A stretch of 64,000 nt of DNA from an uncultured Gammaproteobacteria bacterium (GTDB taxonomy: Bacteria; Patescibacteriota; Microgenomatia; Daviesbacterales; UBA10151): the NCBI GenBank assembly GCA_964625535.1, contig CAZVEX010000001.1, positions 64,295 to 128,294 on the forward strand. Direction: 5' to 3'. Position numbers and translations under genes: made by a program. The notes beneath the pieces were generated by a model that did no database searches, was not told the DNA's origin, and worked only from the letters and a program-made list of their open reading frames with translations. Shown in pieces: positions 55,129 to 62,047 of the stretch; the first letter of the stretch is position 1; each line of letters opens with the position of its first letter.

Positions 55129-56052
55129 ATGAAAAGCAAACCCTTGGTGGGTGTTTCGGCAGTAATACCAAGCTTTAATGATAAATTAAAAGTTTTTAGG
55201 CTTCTTGATTCTTTAAAAAAATCAACATATCCGAAACTGGAAGTTATTGTTGTTGTAAACGGGCCGATTGATACACTTTCAGAAGGCAAAATTAAGTATG
55301 ATTGGGTCCACTGGATTGATGGAGGAAGAGAAAATATCGGTCAGACCGGCTGCTATAACTTGGGTTTTGCCTATGCTGATAAAAAATGTGATCTGCTTTA
55401 TGTTGATTCTGATGTGATAGTTGATAAGAATATGATTTCCAATCTGGTTAAAGCCGCCTACTCAAATCCCAAAATCGGCATAGTAACGCCGATGATTTCG
55501 TATCTTTCTGATAAAAATTGGGTCAACCAGGCAGGGGCAAATGTGAATCTGATAACCGGGAAAGTGTCAGTAGGTTGGGGTCCACGAAAAGATTTTTTGC
55601 TCGCCAAGGAAGTACAGAATTCTGGTACTGCGATGTTGATTAAGAGAAAAGTGGTTGATAAAATCGGGGGCGTTGACGATTGGTTTCTGTGTTATTTTGA
55701 TCCGGATTATTGTTTAAGGGCCAAAAAGGCCGGATTTATCATCTGGTATGAGCCCAAAGCTATCTGCTATCATGATCAGTCAAAAGATCCGGATCTGTGG
55801 AGGCCCAGAGTTTTGACAAGGGCATATCTTTTGGGAAGAAACAGGGTTTTGTTTATGAGAAGGCATGGTAACATGATAACTTTTTCTCTTTTTCTTCCTC
55901 TGCTTTTAGGTTATTATTTCTTCGAAGTCTTGCGCTTTGGGCAAATTAGAAAATTTTTTGAGCTTACATGGGGGAGTATCGTGGGGTATTTTTATCCCCT
56001 AAAGCAGGATAATTTTATCCCACTGCCAAAGATAAAAAATAGGTTAAAATAG
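55129..56052 (+). CDS. GT2 glycosyltransferase with C-terminal TM segment
   Basis: VSAVIPSFNDKLKVFRLLDSLKKSTYPKLEVIVVVNG ... YVDSDV ... FDPDYCLR. Confidence 0.8.
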   Translation: MKSKPLVGVSAVIPSFNDKLKVFRLLDSLKKSTYPKLEVIVVVNGPIDTLSEGKIKYDWVHWIDGGRENIGQTGCYNLGFAYADKKCDLLYVDSDVIVDKNMISNLVKAAYSNPKIGIVTPMISYLSDKNWVNQAGANVNLITGKVSVGWGPRKDFLLAKEVQNSGTAMLIKRKVVDKIGGVDDWFLCYFDPDYCLRAKKAGFIIWYEPKAICYHDQSKDPDLWRPRVLTRAYLLGRNRVLFMRRHGNMITFSLFLPLLLGYYFFEVLRFGQIRKFFELTWGSIVGYFYPLKQDNFIPLPKIKNRLK

Positions 56053-56055
56053 CTT

Positions 56056-56715
56056 ATGAGCCTTTTTGACAAACTAAAGATTACCTTACCTTTTTCATAT
56101 ATGAAGCTTCTTCGTGACGGCATAGGAGAGGGAGAAACCATTTTAGATCTTGGTTGTGAAGACGGCAGATTGCTGGATCTTCTGTCTGAAGGAAAAGATT
56201 GGAAAATTACCGGTGTGGATATTTTTCAAAAGAATGTTCGGAAAGCGGCCAAAAGAAAAATTTTTGTAAAGGTGGTCAAGGGAGATGTGGTGGAAATTTC
56301 AAAAAAATTAATTAAGCAAAAGGCAAAATTCGATGTGGTATTTTGTTCTCAAGTTATAGAACATATAAACAGAAAAAAGGGTGAAGAGCTTTTAAGCATA
56401 GTTGATAAATTAGCGAGGAAAAAAATTATAATGGGGACTCCGCGCGGTTTTATGGAGCAGCCACACGCTTTTTTGGGAGATAATCCCCACCAGGTGCATA
56501 AGTCCGGTTGGACTGAAGTTGACTTTAAGAAAAGAGGCTACAAAGTATATGGTATAGGGTTTGGTCCTGTCTGGTCCGAGGCAGGATTAGGCAGAGCCTA
56601 TTCTAAACCGGTTGCCTTTTTGGCAAGCATTATTTCCTATATCTTTTCTCCGGTAGTTTATTTCTTTCCTTTTTTGGCTGCCGGGATACTCTGTTTTAAA
56701 GAGATAAAAAGATGA
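56056..56715 (+). CDS. Class I SAM-dependent methyltransferase with C-terminal TM anchor
   Basis: ILDLGCEDGRLLDLL (motif I), FCSQVIEH; paralogous to C-terminal domain of 56712..58316. Confidence 0.7.
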   Translation: MSLFDKLKITLPFSYMKLLRDGIGEGETILDLGCEDGRLLDLLSEGKDWKITGVDIFQKNVRKAAKRKIFVKVVKGDVVEISKKLIKQKAKFDVVFCSQVIEHINRKKGEELLSIVDKLARKKIIMGTPRGFMEQPHAFLGDNPHQVHKSGWTEVDFKKRGYKVYGIGFGPVWSEAGLGRAYSKPVAFLASIISYIFSPVVYFFPFLAAGILCFKEIKR

Positions 56716-58316
56716 ACCTAAAATTAGTTTCCGTTGTTATAGTTTCCAAAGACAGAAAGAAAGATTTAATAGATTGTATAAATTCGTATCTTCAATCCTC
56801 CTATAAATCATTGGAAATTATTGTCGTTGATAATGGTTCCAGACCGCCGCTTTTTAGCTGGTTTACAAAGAAATACCCAGGCGTGAAACTGATTACTTCA
56901 GAATTTAATATAGGTGCCGCAGCCGGGAGGAATTTAGGGTTTAAAGAGGCAAAAGGGGATTATATTCAATTTAGTGACGATGATGCTTATGCGGATAAAA
57001 ATATGATTAAAAATTTAGTATCAGTATTTGAAAAAAATCCGCAGGCAGGCATAGTCCAACCTCTTGTTTATGATAGAGCAAGAAAAGATATGTTGCAGGG
57101 TGCAGGTCATGATATAGATTTAACCACGGGTAGAATTAAGGCTTGGGGCGTAAAAGAGAAAGATAAAGGGCAATACGAGGGACTGCGGGAAGTTCCTATG
57201 TGTGGATGTGTTTGGATGGTAAAAAGGGAAGTGTTTGAGCGGATTGGTAACTATGATGAGGACTATTTTATTCCCTATGAAGATTCTGATTTTTCGATAA
57301 GAGCAAGAAAAGCAGGTTTTAAACTTTACTGCTATTCAGAGGCTAAAACATGGCACAGGGGACTCAAAGCAACCTTTGTCCATCCATGGATAGAATGGTT
57401 GGGGATAACATCTCCCGAGAGGGCCTACCGAGTAGCCAGAAATAAAATAATTTTTATGAGGAAACACTCTCCTTTTCCTTTGAATCTTGTCTTCTTTTTA
57501 ATTTTAGTACCGGCATATTTATTGACTCATTCTACGATTATTGCTCTGGCAAAAAGATTAGACATCCTTTTTAAATATTGGTCGGGAGCTCTATCGGGTA
57601 TTTTATACGCCATAACCTACCCCTTTGGAAAAAAAATTATTAATAAATACAAACAGCTGGATGAAAAGCTGGAAGGATTTAAAGTTTGGCTTTTGGCCTG
57701 GACAGATCCATTAACCTGGGTGTTGGATCCCGGTGTTAAAACTGTTTTGGATTTGGGGTGCGGACAGGGAAAGCCGATGGAGTTTATAAAATACAGGATT
57801 AAGATAAAAAAATCCGTCGGCGTAGATTTATTTGAACCATACATTGAAGAGGCAAGACAAAAAAAGATTCATGATAAGTATTTGATTGCCGATATAAGAA
57901 AATTGAAATTACCGGCAAAATCTTTTGATTTGGTGATGGCCTCTCATGTTTTGGAGCACATGCCAAAGAGTGATGCCTGGAAATTATTAAGTAATATGGA
58001 AAGGATGGCCAAAAAGCAGGTAATTATAGCAACTCCAATTGGCGAACATTACCACCAGCTGGAAGATGGGAATATTTGGCAACTGCATGTGTCGGCTTTC
58101 ACACCGAAAGATTTTGAGGATAGAGGATACAAGATTAAAAAATATGGCTGGAAGTGGTTGTTGGGGGATCACGGCATAGTGCATACCGTCAAAAATGACA
58201 TAATTAGAAAATTACTTTATACCTTTAACATACTGGCCACCCCTATTTACTATTATTTCCAGTCCAGTTGTGATTATATATTTGTGGCATTCAAGGATCT
58301 TGAGAATGATAAGTAA
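56712..58316 (+). CDS. Bifunctional GT2 glycosyltransferase - SAM methyltransferase fusion
   Basis: N-term VSVVIVSKDRKKDLIDC ... EIIVVDNGS ... FSDDDAY ... YEDSDFS (GT2), mid TM segments, C-term VLDLGCGQGKPMEF ... MASHVLEHMP (MTase). Confidence 0.75.
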   Translation: MNLKLVSVVIVSKDRKKDLIDCINSYLQSSYKSLEIIVVDNGSRPPLFSWFTKKYPGVKLITSEFNIGAAAGRNLGFKEAKGDYIQFSDDDAYADKNMIKNLVSVFEKNPQAGIVQPLVYDRARKDMLQGAGHDIDLTTGRIKAWGVKEKDKGQYEGLREVPMCGCVWMVKREVFERIGNYDEDYFIPYEDSDFSIRARKAGFKLYCYSEAKTWHRGLKATFVHPWIEWLGITSPERAYRVARNKIIFMRKHSPFPLNLVFFLILVPAYLLTHSTIIALAKRLDILFKYWSGALSGILYAITYPFGKKIINKYKQLDEKLEGFKVWLLAWTDPLTWVLDPGVKTVLDLGCGQGKPMEFIKYRIKIKKSVGVDLFEPYIEEARQKKIHDKYLIADIRKLKLPAKSFDLVMASHVLEHMPKSDAWKLLSNMERMAKKQVIIATPIGEHYHQLEDGNIWQLHVSAFTPKDFEDRGYKIKKYGWKWLLGDHGIVHTVKNDIIRKLLYTFNILATPIYYYFQSSCDYIFVAFKDLENDK

Positions 58317-61300
58317 AAATCGATTTCTTCCACCAGCCTTTTTTGCCTTGCTGGCAACCGTACTCATTATCTCATGGTTTCGATATGGCCATCTTTATGG
58401 CGGAGGAGACGTGGGGATTCCATCCTACGATCCGCAGAGGATTCTGGATATTGCCAGGTTTGTCTGGTGGGATGTGTCAGCTCCCGGAACTACTGTTCCT
58501 CACGGTTTGACCTCCGTACCCTTTCAATTTATTCAGGCCAATCTTGCTAATTTTGGATTATCATATGTGGCTATTCAGGCGCTATTTTTTTGGATAATTC
58601 TCTTTTTGATGGGGTATGGGATGTTTCTTTTGTCGCTGACTGTTTTTGGCAAAGATAAGATAGGTTTGGCGCTTTTGTCAGGCCTTTTTTATGAGCTTAA
58701 CCCTTATATGATGATTGAGATTTGGCACAGGTTTATCCACACCACATTTTTTTTAGCGGCCGCGTTGCCATTTATTTTCATTTTTTGGACAAAATGGATT
58801 AAGAATGGCAAATTTACATTTTTGTTCTTATTTCTTTTAGTAAGTTTTTTGAGTACTCATCTTTTTGGAACCCTTGGCTTTGCCTTCACCATCATTTTTC
58901 TTCTTATTTTTATCTTCTTGGTTGAAGGGTTTATTCCCTGGCAAGGCATCTCTCATTTTCGAACTGTCAATGCAAGATTTGTAGTGGGTGCGCTATTTTG
59001 GCTTACCATTCATCTGTGGTGGTTGTTGCCGGTTCTAAATATTACTCCTGTTACTGTATCTGCCCAACATACCATTGGGGGAAGTTTGGCAACTTTACGG
59101 GAAATTAGCAAGCAAAGTATTATTCCTCATATTTTGGCGGGGATAAATCCCTATTATCTTTATGAAGTGGCCGATTGGGGTGAAATTTATGATTGGGCGA
59201 TCTTCCGCATGACCCCCTTTTTGGTACTGGTTTTTCTGATACCGGGTTTTGCGATATCTTTGCAAAGCAAAAAATTGGTTGGTTGGTCTCTGCTTTTTTT
59301 ATCAGCCATTATGCTTTCCAAAGGTATGGCTGAACCTTTTGGTAATCTTTTTTCCTTGGCCTTTAGCAAGTTTTTTGTACTAGGGACCATCAGAAATCCT
59401 TTTGAAAAGCTGGGGATTTTAATTCCTTTTGCCAGTTCCATCTTGTTTTCCATGGGAATAAGTTTTTATTTACGACATTTTGGCGGTAAGTCCCAATGGT
59501 TTGTTAAACCTATGATTACCATAGTCTTAATTTTATTCTTGGGGTTTTTTGCTTGGCCTATGTGGGGCGGAAAGTTATTCGGTAAGTATGACAAACTGGC
59601 TTTCGTGGAAATACCCCCCAGCTATATCGAGGCTGACAACTTCCTAAAAAGCGAGGGTAAGGATGGTAACATCTTACACTTACCGCTCACAGTTGGTGAA
59701 TCTGCCACTTATTATTGGCAATACGGTTACAACGGCGTTGAATCTTCTCAACTGTATTTCACTGCTTTGCCTTCTATATCGCGCGGATTTAACATAGATC
59801 ATATTGACGATGCCCTTTTGGCTTTGTCCAATATTTTTTCCTCAACTTCCGTTGATGACGAGAAAATTATTACTTTACTAAAATCCTTCAATGTGAGATT
59901 TATTATTTTACACAAAGATATGGAGTGGCGGGGGGGGAGCTTACGCGATCCGGCAGAACTGGAGCTAGTATTAAATAGAGCGAACTTCCTTTTAAGAGAA
60001 GCCCAATTTGATCAACTGGTAATTTATCAAGTGAAGGATGAGTACTTTGCCCCCAGAATCGAACTGACCAACCAGGTGCAGTACTTAGATTCCGGTAAGG
60101 GTGGCCTGTGGCCGCATCTTTTAAGGCAAAATCAAGGCGCTTTCATTACTCCTCAGGATTCCAAGAAGCTAATTTTGTCCAAGGCGGATGAAAAGATCAT
60201 CCTGCCGCAACAATCTTATCTTTATGATTTTTTGGATACTCCCTTGGAGCAGGCAGTGGGAGAGTTGCCTTCTCCTTCAAGCAAATTTTTTCCTGATTCT
60301 CCGCTTTATTTTTTTACAAGACTTAAAGAAAAAATTGATGTTTTAACTGCTTCTTATGATCAGAAGTTTCTTGTTAAATTAGCACATGCCGGCAAAAGGT
60401 TGGTTGAAGCTTATAATTTGAAGCAAAAATCAATTTCAGTTCTCGGTACTATCAAGATATATCAAAATCAGATGAACGATTTATTCAAGGATAAGTTTTT
60501 CCGGAATGAACTGGGAAGCTCATTGGATAGGCAAACTTTGGGAAAGATTTTTTCAAAACACTTGGCTATTCTGAAATCCTTAGAATCAAGCGCCCATGGG
60601 GTAGAGTTGGAGTTGTTGGACAATTTGAGGACATATAATTTTATTCCCAAAGTAAGTAAGGACCAGGAGCAAGCACAGGTCAATATAGCCAATTTTGAGA
60701 TTCCCGAGACAGGCCCATACCAGCTCTTGCTTGTCTCTCAAGATAGCGAAAATTTCTATCCTCAAAATCTCAAAAAGATGCGTTTTTACATCAACGGTCA
60801 ACCTGTTGATCTGTCAGGGGAAAAATTCGGGCAATTTCTTTCTTTTGGTGATATTGCTCTGGATGGAGGACCAGTAGAGATTTCATACCCGGTTTTGGAT
60901 TCTAATAATCTGATAGAAGTAAAAGATGAAACTCAAGAACTGGAGTTAACTTCCGACAAACACCAGCCAACACAATATGAGGTAGAAATAACTCCTGTCA
61001 GTCCCAATACGGAGTATAGATTTGAATTTGAATCCTGGATTAAAAAAGGTGATTGGTTTAAGGTAGAACTTATACAGGATACGGATCGTAGTTTCCCCGG
61101 CCAAGAGTGGACTATTGTAAAAGATAATTACAATAATTTCTTTAGTAATAATACCGTCTCTTTTACCCTTCACTCTCAAACAACACAGGCAAAAATAAAA
61201 CTTTTAGTGGAACCTTGGGATGATTGCAAAAAATTTTATGGAATTGAAAAAAAGTGTCAAACAAAAAAATCGAGAGAGCCCTTTGAGCGGGAATCTCAGG

Positions 61301-61710
61301 TTACTTTTAAAAACTTAAAACTTATCAGAAGATTAAATAATCCGGTATTTTTAAAATCCCATCCTGTCAAAAAAGATATCGAGAGTGGCGGCAGCATCAC
61401 ATTCAGACAAGTTAGCTCTGTTCTTTTTCAGGGAGAGCTTAAGCTCGCCAGGCCCTCCTTCCTGATATTTAAAGAAAGCTTCCATCCTGACTGGCAGCTT
61501 AAATTGGAAGGAGATCAGGGTAGCTTTTATCCGCAAGAGAGATTTTCTGCTAACAGCTTTGCCAATGCTTGGTATATAGAAGAGACAGGAGATTATCGCT
61601 TCAGCCTAGAGTTTGTTGGCCAAAGATGGGTAGACTTTGGTAGAGGATTAAGTATTTTCGGAGCTGCATCCGTAGTATTTTTGGCCATTTGGCAAAAAAG
61701 AAGAGGGTAA
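58306..61710 (+). CDS. Giant (~1134 aa) polytopic membrane protein with ~650-aa extracytoplasmic C-terminal domain, paralog B of 51321..53993
   Basis: Start at ATG 58306 (MISKNRFLPPAFF); GGDVGIPSYDPQRILDIARFVWWDVSAPGTTVPHGLTSVPFQF, IRNPFEKLGILIPFASSILFSMG, AWPMWGGKLFGKY; C-terminal TM FGAASVVFLAIW. Confidence 0.5.
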   Translation: MISKNRFLPPAFFALLATVLIISWFRYGHLYGGGDVGIPSYDPQRILDIARFVWWDVSAPGTTVPHGLTSVPFQFIQANLANFGLSYVAIQALFFWIILFLMGYGMFLLSLTVFGKDKIGLALLSGLFYELNPYMMIEIWHRFIHTTFFLAAALPFIFIFWTKWIKNGKFTFLFLFLLVSFLSTHLFGTLGFAFTIIFLLIFIFLVEGFIPWQGISHFRTVNARFVVGALFWLTIHLWWLLPVLNITPVTVSAQHTIGGSLATLREISKQSIIPHILAGINPYYLYEVADWGEIYDWAIFRMTPFLVLVFLIPGFAISLQSKKLVGWSLLFLSAIMLSKGMAEPFGNLFSLAFSKFFVLGTIRNPFEKLGILIPFASSILFSMGISFYLRHFGGKSQWFVKPMITIVLILFLGFFAWPMWGGKLFGKYDKLAFVEIPPSYIEADNFLKSEGKDGNILHLPLTVGESATYYWQYGYNGVESSQLYFTALPSISRGFNIDHIDDALLALSNIFSSTSVDDEKIITLLKSFNVRFIILHKDMEWRGGSLRDPAELELVLNRANFLLREAQFDQLVIYQVKDEYFAPRIELTNQVQYLDSGKGGLWPHLLRQNQGAFITPQDSKKLILSKADEKIILPQQSYLYDFLDTPLEQAVGELPSPSSKFFPDSPLYFFTRLKEKIDVLTASYDQKFLVKLAHAGKRLVEAYNLKQKSISVLGTIKIYQNQMNDLFKDKFFRNELGSSLDRQTLGKIFSKHLAILKSLESSAHGVELELLDNLRTYNFIPKVSKDQEQAQVNIANFEIPETGPYQLLLVSQDSENFYPQNLKKMRFYINGQPVDLSGEKFGQFLSFGDIALDGGPVEISYPVLDSNNLIEVKDETQELELTSDKHQPTQYEVEITPVSPNTEYRFEFESWIKKGDWFKVELIQDTDRSFPGQEWTIVKDNYNNFFSNNTVSFTLHSQTTQAKIKLLVEPWDDCKKFYGIEKKCQTKKSREPFERESQVTFKNLKLIRRLNNPVFLKSHPVKKDIESGGSITFRQVSSVLFQGELKLARPSFLIFKESFHPDWQLKLEGDQGSFYPQERFSANSFANAWYIEETGDYRFSLEFVGQRWVDFGRGLSIFGAASVVFLAIWQKRRG

Positions 61711-61714
61711 TTTC

Positions 61715-62047
61715 ATGAAAAGACTCGGGCAATTTATTCTTTTATTTTTAATTTTATTACCGGTGATATCTTTTATCAATACTAATCTTTTAATAAATTT
61801 TTGGGCTAAAATGAGTCAGGATTTAATTTTTAGCGTTTGTTTGTCAAGCTCCATATTCTTTCCTGGGCTTAAGAAATATTATCTGATTTTAGCTGCTATT
61901 TTGATTGTCCTGATGGTAGGATCATTTATGTTCAAAGTTGTCGCAATATCGGATTTGTTGGGCAGTACGGCAATTGGAATAGTAACTGTCATATTAATAA
62001 GCTATGTTCCTCAACTGGTAAAAAAGGGTTATATTGAAAATATATGA
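61715..62047 (+). CDS. Small (110 aa) three-TM membrane protein, unknown function
   Basis: MKRLGQFILLFLILLPVISFI ..., hydrophobic throughout; wedged between giant paralogs B and C with ATGA overlap to C. Confidence 0.45.
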   Translation: MKRLGQFILLFLILLPVISFINTNLLINFWAKMSQDLIFSVCLSSSIFFPGLKKYYLILAAILIVLMVGSFMFKVVAISDLLGSTAIGIVTVILISYVPQLVKKGYIENI

